Origin: Candidatus Nanosynbacter lyticus
Lineage (GTDB): Bacteria > Patescibacteriota > Saccharimonadia > Saccharimonadales > Saccharimonadaceae
Reading direction: 5' to 3'
NCBI RefSeq assembly: GCF_030253515.1
Contig: NZ_CP124549.1
Coordinates: 210,001 to 242,000 of the forward strand
DNA: 32,000 nt
This document shows, one piece after another, positions 22,722-29,777 of this stretch. Below the pieces are notes generated by a model. It worked only from the letters and a program-made list of their open reading frames with translations, was not told the origin of the DNA and did no database searches. Position numbers and translations under genes: made by a program. Within the stretch, counting starts at the first letter, position 1. Every line of letters begins with the position of its first letter.

Positions 22722-23717
22722 GTGGAATGGTTGCCAAAAATTACCGAAGATACGCTGACAGTACTACGCCGGCCGGTCTCGTTGGCAGAAGCGAGGGAGT
22801 ATCGGCGGCGTATGGAACTTTCTCGTTGGTCGCTGGGGTTTGATACGTCGCTAGCCGACATGGCGGTGCTGGCGGTCGTGTGGGTTATCTTTTGTATCGG
22901 ACTTGCTGTTTTGATGTCACTTGTGCCGCACTGGCTCGTTTTGGTGGTGATGATTGGTATATTGGCCACCACGTCAATGATTGTCTTTTTCCGCGCCTCA
23001 AGGCGGGCGATACGTCGGCATATACGAATGGCTGACTTTGCGTCTTGTTGTGGATTGGAATATGATCCAGTCGGTAAAGCTGACACAATCGGCCCTGGTC
23101 TATTGTTTGATGTCGGCTATTCGCGGCATTATCGCGGCGTGTTGTCGTATGGACGCGACGGACAGCGACTACTGGAAGTCGGTCGTTACGAATATACGGT
23201 TGGTAGCGGTAAACAGCGGCGGACGTATACCTGGTACTACGCTGGGATGCGCCTACCTCGCAGGGTGCCGCACTTGGTGCTGGACTCGAAATCCAACGAT
23301 GGGACTGTGATGGGTAAGGCGCTGATCAGTAATCTGCCGGTGGTGATTTCGAACAGTCAGCGCATCAGTTTGGAGGGCGATTTTGATACGTATTTCACAT
23401 TATACGCGCCAAAGCAGTATGATGTTGATGTGCGCTATGTACTGACGCCGGATGTTATGGCGGCGCTGGTTGACAAGTCATCTCGTTTCGATGTCGAGCT
23501 GGTAGATGATATGGCGTTTTTCTATGCGTTGCAAAACGAGACACCTGATGAGCAAGTACTCGGCGACATATTTACGGCGTTGGCAGTCGTGGGTCGTGAG
23601 CTACATGACCAGATTGATGGGTACGCTGACGACCGTGTCGAAGGCGCGCGTCACAGTAACAAAATCGCAGAGCAGGGCAAGCGGCTGAAAAAACGAACGC
23701 GACCAGCGGCGCTGTAA
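22722..23717 (+). CDS. hypothetical membrane protein, possibly DUF3137-like
   Basis: Two adjacent TM helices lie near the N-terminus, followed by a ~230-aa soluble domain. The segment LEGDFDTYFTLYAPKQYDVDVRYVLTPDVMAALVD resembles the DUF3137 pattern as I recall it (not searched). Confidence 0.6.
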   Translation: MEWLPKITEDTLTVLRRPVSLAEAREYRRRMELSRWSLGFDTSLADMAVLAVVWVIFCIGLAVLMSLVPHWLVLVVMIGILATTSMIVFFRASRRAIRRHIRMADFASCCGLEYDPVGKADTIGPGLLFDVGYSRHYRGVLSYGRDGQRLLEVGRYEYTVGSGKQRRTYTWYYAGMRLPRRVPHLVLDSKSNDGTVMGKALISNLPVVISNSQRISLEGDFDTYFTLYAPKQYDVDVRYVLTPDVMAALVDKSSRFDVELVDDMAFFYALQNETPDEQVLGDIFTALAVVGRELHDQIDGYADDRVEGARHSNKIAEQGKRLKKRTRPAAL

Positions 23718-23730
23718 TAGTTAGTACTGA

Positions 23731-24003
23731 CTAGCCGACGCAAACCTGAGTGCGTCGCTCAGTTTTGCCGGTGAATTTGGTTTTCTTGACCTGTTTGAAG
23801 GTGACGACGCCAGACTTAGCGGCGTGGATAGTGTAGTTGCGGCTCATGTACGCGCCCTCGCCAGCGATTTTTGTGGCGCCTGTTTGGCGGACGAGTACCT
23901 CGCCAGCGTTGACTTTTTGGCCGCCGAAGCGCTTGACGCCGAGGCGTTGGCCAGGGTTGTTGTGGATGTTCTTACTTGAGCCACCAGCTTTGACTTTTGA
24001 CAT
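23731..24003 (-). CDS. rpmA: 50S ribosomal protein L27
   Basis: The sequence GGSSKNIHNNPGQRLGVKRFGGQKVNAGEVLVRQTG matches the L27 core. Length 90 aa. Confidence 0.93.
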   Translation of the reverse strand: MSKVKAGGSSKNIHNNPGQRLGVKRFGGQKVNAGEVLVRQTGATKIAGEGAYMSRNYTIHAAKSGVVTFKQVKKTKFTGKTERRTQVCVG

Positions 24004-24039
24004 TGAAACTCCTTAAATTTTCTAAACCTAATCTGTACC

Positions 24040-24068
24040 AGTATAAGTGACGGCTGATAAAAAGTCAA
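24040..24068 (-). promoter_or_regulatory. canonical sigma-70 promoter of rpmA: TTGACT, 17-nt spacer, TATACT
   Basis: On the minus strand the -35 TTGACT is the reverse complement of 24063-24068 and the -10 TATACT is the reverse complement of 24040-24045. A ~35-nt leader follows, with AAGGAG (reverse complement of 24009-24014) 5 nt before the ATG. Confidence 0.7.
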
Positions 24069-24110
24069 GGGGCTTTACTTGATTAGCCAAGTGTTATATA
24101 ACTAGGGGCT

Positions 24111-24794
24111 ATGAACGAGCAGAATATGACGACAATGGAAGCTATTTTCAACAGACGAGTGGATAGAAGAACGGTACTACTGGGTGGCTTGGGCACCGTT
24201 GGTGCAGTGGCATTCGGTGGTGCTGTGCACGAATCTCGAGAAATGCCTCGTGACGGAGAAGCGCTGCAGGCACTACACGCGGTACAGACGGCGGCGGCAG
24301 AGGTTGCTGAGCGCGGTGTCAATGGTCAGACGACAACGGAAAAGATGATTGCAGCGACACTGCAGCACGAGAGTGGTGCAACGGCAAAGGTTGAGGTGGC
24401 GCTTTCCGAGCCGCTTGAGCAATATATCTCAGACGAGGGGTCATATGCGTCAGCCGGGGCAAATATGGTGGACGGACTGCTGGGTCAGATCGGGCGGGAG
24501 GTGTTTGCTGATACCGATCAACAGATGACGACGGAAATGGCGAAGCAGGCGCGGCCAACATTGGCATTTTTGATCATGGCGTTGAATCAGCAACGCATCG
24601 GCCTGGGCGCTGGAGTTTTACTAGCGACATGTCAGCGGTATTACCGGAATGCAATTGCTCCTCCTGCGGCCGAGCAAGCAGCAGAGGCGCGTCAAGCGCA
24701 GCTTGATCTTTTGGAGAATGAGTTGGTGGGTCATTTGGGGCAGCTCGCAAACTATGATCCGGCGTTACGGCTTAACCGTCCGGTGCTCGGCTAG
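24111..24794 (+). CDS. hypothetical protein with N-terminal twin-arginine-like signal or anchor
   Basis: The N-terminus reads NRRVDRRTVLLGGLGTVGAVAFGGA. The rest is Ala/Gln/Glu-rich and looks helical, with no motif I recognised. A TGTTATATAAC -10-like box (24092-24102) lies 8-10 nt upstream of the ATG. Confidence 0.6.
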   Translation: MNEQNMTTMEAIFNRRVDRRTVLLGGLGTVGAVAFGGAVHESREMPRDGEALQALHAVQTAAAEVAERGVNGQTTTEKMIAATLQHESGATAKVEVALSEPLEQYISDEGSYASAGANMVDGLLGQIGREVFADTDQQMTTEMAKQARPTLAFLIMALNQQRIGLGAGVLLATCQRYYRNAIAPPAAEQAAEARQAQLDLLENELVGHLGQLANYDPALRLNRPVLG

Positions 24795-26091
24795 TCCGCA
24801 AGATCAGTAGCTCGCGGGCGACAGTTTGGTCGGGGCGGCGATAGATGAGCGGGATGTGGTTGAGTTGGTGATAGCCAAGTTTTTGGAGGTTTTTTATTAG
24901 CGGCAGATGAGTGGCCCGGCCGGATGCGTCGTACCACGCTGGCACGGCGATACACAGCGATGTGTTTGGCGCTAGCTGCGGACGGATATTAGTGAGGAAG
25001 CCGGTGATAATGTGATTACAGTTGCCGGCAACTTCTGCTAGTTTTTGGGGTGCGGGCGGCGCAGAAAAGGGCTGGCCGAGGTAGGTTTCGCAGACGACGG
25101 CGGTGAGGTGTTTGCTGCTCGGCCAGTGGTGCGTGGTGGCGTCGGCTTGATGGATATCAATGACGTTGCCGGGTGCAGTGAAGGTCGATTGTAGCCACGA
25201 CAGGTTCTCAGTGGTGTAATCAACCATTTTCTGGCTGAGGTCGGTGCCGACGACATCGTAGCCGGTGAGCAGCGCTTCTTGCAGGACGGTGCCGGTGCCG
25301 CAGAACGGGTCGAGGATCGTCACGGCAGGTCGGCTTCCAGCCGTCTCCTCCAAGTCGAATGCATCCGGCAACGCCGTCCGCAGAACCATCGACTTATCGG
25401 AGAGGCTGGAAGCCGACCCCGTCGCAGAATTGCTGCACGATCTTTGATGAGCTAGCGATCCGGCGCCCAGTGCTAAATTCAGCATAATCTGCGCTAATTT
25501 GGGCGGTAGCATGCCAACGAAAGCGTCGCGCTTGGGACGATGGCGGTCGCGGCGGGTATAGGCGGTGATGTTTTGGACACCGCGGCTCTCGGCGATGATC
25601 AGGCGGCGGTCGGTCGTTTTAACAAGCAGCAGCTCGACTTTATGCGGCGAACCACCGAGCTTGTTATTGTGCGCGGTGGCGGTAGAGAGGGCTGGCTGAT
25701 CGTTCGGGATGAGACGGAGGCTGGTGCCAGATTTTTTGAGAGATGATTTGAGGATGAGGCCGGTTTTTTGGATATCACGGGCGCTCACAGCTAGGCCATA
25801 GGCGCTGAGGCCGAGGGTGATTTTATGCGGCGAGTGCGCCCACTTGGCTTGATAATGCTGGGTGATGAAGCGCGAAGCGGCGAGGAGCGAGGCTTTATCG
25901 GCGCGGCTGGCTGGTAGCTCGGTGATCACTTTGGCGCATTTAACGGTGCCGCCTAAGGTGGTAATGTCAAATTGAGATGTTTGAACTTCGGCACATTGCT
26001 GGCTGATGCGATTGACACAGTCTGCGCCAAACACCGCCGCAAGTTCGGCGAGCGAGATCTCTGGCTGGCGGCCAAGCAGGGTGATGTACAT
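24772..26091 (-). CDS. TRM11/UPF0020-like SAM-dependent (probably RNA) methyltransferase
   Basis: Motif I ILDPFCGTGTVLQEA, an acidic residue after beta2 (VVGTDLS), and the upstream pattern FVGMLPPKLAQIMLNLA typical of THUMP-associated methylases. I moved the start from 26226 to the ATG at 26091 behind a -10 box. Confidence 0.7.
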   Translation of the reverse strand: MYITLLGRQPEISLAELAAVFGADCVNRISQQCAEVQTSQFDITTLGGTVKCAKVITELPASRADKASLLAASRFITQHYQAKWAHSPHKITLGLSAYGLAVSARDIQKTGLILKSSLKKSGTSLRLIPNDQPALSTATAHNNKLGGSPHKVELLLVKTTDRRLIIAESRGVQNITAYTRRDRHRPKRDAFVGMLPPKLAQIMLNLALGAGSLAHQRSCSNSATGSASSLSDKSMVLRTALPDAFDLEETAGSRPAVTILDPFCGTGTVLQEALLTGYDVVGTDLSQKMVDYTTENLSWLQSTFTAPGNVIDIHQADATTHHWPSSKHLTAVVCETYLGQPFSAPPAPQKLAEVAGNCNHIITGFLTNIRPQLAPNTSLCIAVPAWYDASGRATHLPLIKNLQKLGYHQLNHIPLIYRRPDQTVARELLILRTSRAPDG

Positions 26092-26097
26092 GGTTTG

Positions 26098-26106
26098 ATT
26101 ATAGCA
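26098..26106 (-). promoter_or_regulatory. extended -10 box TGCTATAAT (minus strand), leaderless-type promoter of the methyltransferase gene
   Basis: The reverse complement of 26098-26106 is TGCTATAAT, and 6 nt separate it from the ATG at 26091. It sits back-to-back with the plus-strand box at 26116-26124. Confidence 0.6.
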
Positions 26107-26115
26107 AAAACTGCG

Positions 26116-26124
26116 TGATATAAT
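26116..26124 (+). promoter_or_regulatory. extended -10 box TGATATAAT, leaderless-type promoter of the 26132 operon
   Basis: Seven nt (gggcgat) separate it from ATG 26132. The track's ATG 26123 lies inside the hexamer. Confidence 0.55.
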
Positions 26125-26131
26125 GGGCGAT

Positions 26132-27220
26132 ATGGTGTCGAAAGGGATACGGCAACTTTTGGAAGCATGTAAGTCACCACGGACGATCATGAGCCTCGTG
26201 ACGTTGGCAGTGCTGGTGCTGATCATTTTTCTGTCGCGCGCCGAGCTAGCGCGGGCATGGGAGCTACTTGGCCGGGCAAATATCTGGCTGTTGATGCTAC
26301 TGGTGCCGTTTCAAATTATCGTCTATTTTGCGGGCGGTGAGATGATTTTTGCCTATCTTCGTGATAAAAAACTGATCGGGCATATCTCGCGGTTTGAGCA
26401 GACGCGGATTGCGCTGGAGCTAAATCTGGTCAATCACATTTTCCCGTCAGGTGGCGTCAGCGGTATATCCTACACGACGTGGCGGATGCACAAGCTCGGC
26501 GTTAGCTCGGCGCGCTCGACGTTTGCTCAGGTGATCCGTTACGTGACGGGCTTTTTGTCGCTGATGGTGCTGCTGATATTGGCGGTGCTGATCTTGTCAA
26601 TTGATGGGCAGGTCAATCGCTACATCGTGACGTCAAGTTTCTTCTTGGTGCTAGTGGTGCTGGCGCTAACATTTGGGCTGATTTTTATGTTCTCGTCGCG
26701 CAAGCGCATGCACAACACGGCGGTGCGGGTGTCGCGAGTCGTGAATGCAGTGGTGCGTTGGGCGACGCTGGGCAAGATCAAACGGCTGCTGGTTTCGACG
26801 AAAATCGAAGCGTTTTTCGCTGAGATGCATGATGATTTCGTGGAACTGTCAGAGCACCGGCGCCTACTCATCAAGCCGCTGGTCTGGGGCGCAATTTATG
26901 CCATTTTCGATGTGTTGATGTTCATCGTAGCGTTTTGGGCACTGGGTGTGTCGGTCAATCCGGCGGTGCTGATCATTGGCTATGGCGTGGCAGGGCTGGC
27001 GAGTCTGGTGGCCTTTACGCCGGGTGGTGCGGGCGTGTACGAAGCGATTATGATCGTTTTCTTGAGTATGACCGGTGTGGCGCCGGACGTTGCCATTGCT
27101 GGGATTGTGCTGACGCGGGTGATCTTGCTCGCGGGAACGATTATCTTTGGGTATATGTTCTACCAGCACGCGCTGATCAAATATGGGCAGCCAGATGATG
27201 ACGGTGGCGCCGCGGTTTAG
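26132..27220 (+). CDS. UPF0104 / lysylphosphatidylglycerol-synthase-TM-region (flippase-like) family membrane protein
   Basis: About 8 predicted TM helices and the C-terminal motif FTPGGAGVYEAIM, which I recall as typical of this family. Confidence 0.7.
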   Translation: MVSKGIRQLLEACKSPRTIMSLVTLAVLVLIIFLSRAELARAWELLGRANIWLLMLLVPFQIIVYFAGGEMIFAYLRDKKLIGHISRFEQTRIALELNLVNHIFPSGGVSGISYTTWRMHKLGVSSARSTFAQVIRYVTGFLSLMVLLILAVLILSIDGQVNRYIVTSSFFLVLVVLALTFGLIFMFSSRKRMHNTAVRVSRVVNAVVRWATLGKIKRLLVSTKIEAFFAEMHDDFVELSEHRRLLIKPLVWGAIYAIFDVLMFIVAFWALGVSVNPAVLIIGYGVAGLASLVAFTPGGAGVYEAIMIVFLSMTGVAPDVAIAGIVLTRVILLAGTIIFGYMFYQHALIKYGQPDDDGGAAV

Positions 27221-28292
27221 CGTTAGCGATTTTGTAGCGGTCGTCAATCAGGTGCTGGAGACGGCTGTCCCAGTCGTCGAGGTTGAAGGCGAGATCGCCG
27301 AGTTCACCATGCGTCAGCAGAAGTTTGTCTTTTTTACGCTCAGGGACCATGAGAGTGCGGTCAATTGTTTCATGATGGCGTGGCAGCTCAGGACGCCGAT
27401 CGAGGAAGGGATGCGCGTGGTGGTGCGGGCCTCGGCTAAGTTAACTGCCAAGGGTAAGTTTAGCCTGACGGTACAAGAGATCAAGCCGCTGGGCGCGGGT
27501 CACCTCAAGCGCAGCGCTGAGTTACTCAAGGCGAAGCTGGCGGCCGAAGGGTTGTTTGATACGGAGCGCAAGCGCCCCTTACCGCCATATCCTGCTCGCG
27601 TAGCCGTTATTTCTAGTACGCAGGCGGCAGGCTACGCGGATTTTATGAAAATTGCTGGTGAGCGCTGGGGTGGGGTGCAGTTTATCGTTGCTAACGTCAA
27701 GGTTCAGGGCGACGGCGCGGCTGATCAGGCGGTGCGGGCGATTGCCCACTGTAACCAGCTGGCGGAGCCGCCAGAGGTGATCGTGCTGATTCGCGGCGGC
27801 GGTAGCGCGGAGGATCTCGCGAGCTTTAATGACGAATGCTTAGTGCGGGCGGTGGCGGGCAGCCGCGTGCCAGTGCTGACTGGTATCGGACACGAGGTTG
27901 ACGAGAGTTTGTGCGATCTGGCGGCTGATGTGCGGGCGGCCACGCCGAGTAATGCGGCGCAGCTATTATTTCCGGATAAACACGAGGTAAGGCGGCAGTT
28001 AGCGCTGCGGCTGGGCAACGTATCAGAGGTGATTCAGCGGCAGATTAAGGAGCGGCGTCTATGTGCAACAACGTTGCAACAAGCGGCGCTCGAACAGTGG
28101 TCGCACCGCGTTGATATTGCTAAAAATATGGTATTGTCGCAACAACGAATGATTACTGAATACGACCCAGAGATGGCGCTGCGGCGCGGTTACGCGATGA
28201 TCAGCGGCGACTGTCAGATTGGTAGTATTGTAAAGATTACAACAAAAGATAAGATTATGAAAGCGAGGATTGAGAGTAGTGAAAAACGATAA
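27183..28292 (+). CDS. xseA: exodeoxyribonuclease VII large subunit
   Basis: N-terminal OB-fold region (FSVSDFVAVVNQVLE ... VEVEGEIAEF) and a central catalytic region (VIRGGGSAEDLASFNDE, TGIGHEVDESLCDLAAD). The start is ambiguous (ATG 27183, 27195 or 27198) and overlaps the upstream gene. Confidence 0.9.
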   Translation: MGSQMMTVAPRFSVSDFVAVVNQVLETAVPVVEVEGEIAEFTMRQQKFVFFTLRDHESAVNCFMMAWQLRTPIEEGMRVVVRASAKLTAKGKFSLTVQEIKPLGAGHLKRSAELLKAKLAAEGLFDTERKRPLPPYPARVAVISSTQAAGYADFMKIAGERWGGVQFIVANVKVQGDGAADQAVRAIAHCNQLAEPPEVIVLIRGGGSAEDLASFNDECLVRAVAGSRVPVLTGIGHEVDESLCDLAADVRAATPSNAAQLLFPDKHEVRRQLALRLGNVSEVIQRQIKERRLCATTLQQAALEQWSHRVDIAKNMVLSQQRMITEYDPEMALRRGYAMISGDCQIGSIVKITTKDKIMKARIESSEKR

Positions 28293-28488
28293 GACAAACG
28301 AAAAAACGATTGAGCAGATGATGGCGGAGCTGAACGAGCGCATCGCATGGTTTCAGGGCGAGGAGTTTAATCTGGACGAGGCCAAGCAGCGGTTCATTGA
28401 GGCGCGGCAGCTGGCGAAGAAGATTACGGCGGCGCTGGACGATATGCAGCACGATATTACGGTGCTTAGCGAGGATTTTAGCGCGTGA
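28279..28488 (+). CDS. xseB: exodeoxyribonuclease VII small subunit
   Basis: A small helical protein of XseB pattern (ELNERIAWFQGEEFNLDEAKQRFIEARQLAKKI). It overlaps the end of xseA. I prefer GTG 28279 over the track's TTG 28270, but the start is uncertain. Confidence 0.8.
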   Translation: MKNDKTNEKTIEQMMAELNERIAWFQGEEFNLDEAKQRFIEARQLAKKITAALDDMQHDITVLSEDFSA

Positions 28489-29009
28489 CATGGACGCTGT
28501 GGCTTGGTGGCGCGATTCTGATGATCTTTGCGCTGCCAGTATTGATCGGTGCGCCGTATGTGCCGTCACGGTCGCGCGAAGTGCAGCGGTTATTTGCCGA
28601 GGCGTTGCCACTCGGTAAGGGCGACATCGTGCTTGATATCGGGTCGGGCGATGGCGTGGTGCTCATGATAGCAGCCCAGCAGGGCGCGCGGGCGATTGGC
28701 TATGAGATTAATCCGTTCCTGGTGCTAATATCGCGCTGGCGGCTGCGAAAATTACCGGGCGCCCGAGTGCACTGGGCGAATATCTGGCGGCAGCCGGTGC
28801 TTGACAAGGTGACGGTGATGTATGCCTTTGGTGATGGTCGCGATATCGCAAAGATGTTTCAGCTGGCCAGGCGCCAAGCAGCCGCCCAGACCGAGCCGCT
28901 GACTTTCGTGAGCTACGGATTTTCTATCCCTGGCACGCGACCGACAAAAGAATACCACGGCTATTTTCTCTATCGGCTGCCGGGAGGCTTTACATCGCCC
29001 GAAGCATAA
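28485..29009 (+). CDS. membrane-anchored class I SAM-dependent methyltransferase (FAM173/ATPSCKMT-like architecture)
   Basis: An N-terminal TM helix (LWLGGAILMIFALPVLIG) is followed immediately by APYVPS, motif I VLDIGSGDGVV and post-I GYEINP. The GTGA overlap joins it to the xseB stop. Confidence 0.75.
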   Translation: MTWTLWLGGAILMIFALPVLIGAPYVPSRSREVQRLFAEALPLGKGDIVLDIGSGDGVVLMIAAQQGARAIGYEINPFLVLISRWRLRKLPGARVHWANIWRQPVLDKVTVMYAFGDGRDIAKMFQLARRQAAAQTEPLTFVSYGFSIPGTRPTKEYHGYFLYRLPGGFTSPEA

Positions 29010-29024
29010 GCTATACTGATGCAT

Positions 29025-29693
29025 ATGAGTAGAAAAACAGAGATGGAACAGGGATATGTTAATAGCTGGATGATTGTGGCGATTAGTGCGATTGTGCTGT
29101 TCGTGGCGGCTGGTAGCGCGGCAATTTGGGCGTACCTGGCATATTCACAGGAAAAAACTGCGGTCGAGAGTCGGATGGCGGTAGCTTCGGCCAAGGCGCG
29201 CGAAGAGCAATCAAAGGCTGACCGCGAGAAATTTAATGAAGAAGCCAAAAACCCGCGTATTGAATTCGTCGGCCCCGAGCAGTACGGCCGCGTGTCGTTT
29301 ATGTACCCAAAGACCTGGAGTGTTTACGTAGCGGCTGACGGCGGTGATCGCGGCGACTATAAAGCGTATCTCCATCCGGTTATCGTACCGCCGACAAATA
29401 CACATAGTAGCAATCAAAACAAGTTTGCGCTACGCCTCGAGATCCTCAATAGTGACTTCAATAAGACACTGAATCAATATGCCAGCCTGCTGAAAAAGGG
29501 TGATTTGACCTCGAGTAGCGTCGAATACAACGGTAACACCGCCACGCGCATTGACGGTGCATTTAGTAAGGATCTGCGCGGCTCGGTGGTGCTGATGAAG
29601 GTGCGCGACAAGACGCTGCGTTTTTCAACCGATGCTGATACGTTCAAGCCAGATTTTGAAGCTATTCTCAAGACAGTGAAATTTGTACAATAG
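29025..29693 (+). CDS. hypothetical membrane-anchored protein
   Basis: N-terminal TM helix (WMIVAISAIVLFVAAGSAAIWAYLAY), a short charged helix, then a ~150-aa beta-rich domain (VSFMYPKTWSV...). TATACT at 29012-29017 lies 7 nt upstream of ATG 29025, and ATG 29019 in the same frame is too close to the box. Confidence 0.6.
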   Translation: MSRKTEMEQGYVNSWMIVAISAIVLFVAAGSAAIWAYLAYSQEKTAVESRMAVASAKAREEQSKADREKFNEEAKNPRIEFVGPEQYGRVSFMYPKTWSVYVAADGGDRGDYKAYLHPVIVPPTNTHSSNQNKFALRLEILNSDFNKTLNQYASLLKKGDLTSSSVEYNGNTATRIDGAFSKDLRGSVVLMKVRDKTLRFSTDADTFKPDFEAILKTVKFVQ

Positions 29694-29760
29694 TTTTCTT
29701 GGTCGCGGCTGGTGCATGAAATGATACAGAGCGGCAGCGGTTCTTTTTGGCGCCTCGGTT

Positions 29761-29769
29761 TGCTATACT
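29761..29769 (+). promoter_or_regulatory. extended -10 box TGCTATACT, leaderless-type promoter of the kinase-receiver-recO operon
   Basis: Eight nt (agaggtat) separate it from ATG 29778. Confidence 0.55.
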
Positions 29770-29777
29770 AGAGGTAT

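Noticed and set aside
23736-23766. Hairpin CGACGCA-N8-TGCGTCG followed by CTCAGTTTT as a terminator for the 22722 gene.
   Set aside because: The stem is only 7 bp, the T-run is short and lies 5 nt from the stem, and the element sits inside the rpmA coding sequence. The evidence is too weak to call.
1804-29024. N-terminal extensions in the supplied ORF track (starts at 1804, 4518, 10539, 14944, 16997 minus, 21068, 26226 minus, 26123, 29019).
   Set aside because: Each extension runs through an upstream gene end, a -10 box or a Shine-Dalgarno site and adds non-homologous residues. Internal starts with a Shine-Dalgarno sequence or a correctly spaced -10 box were preferred.
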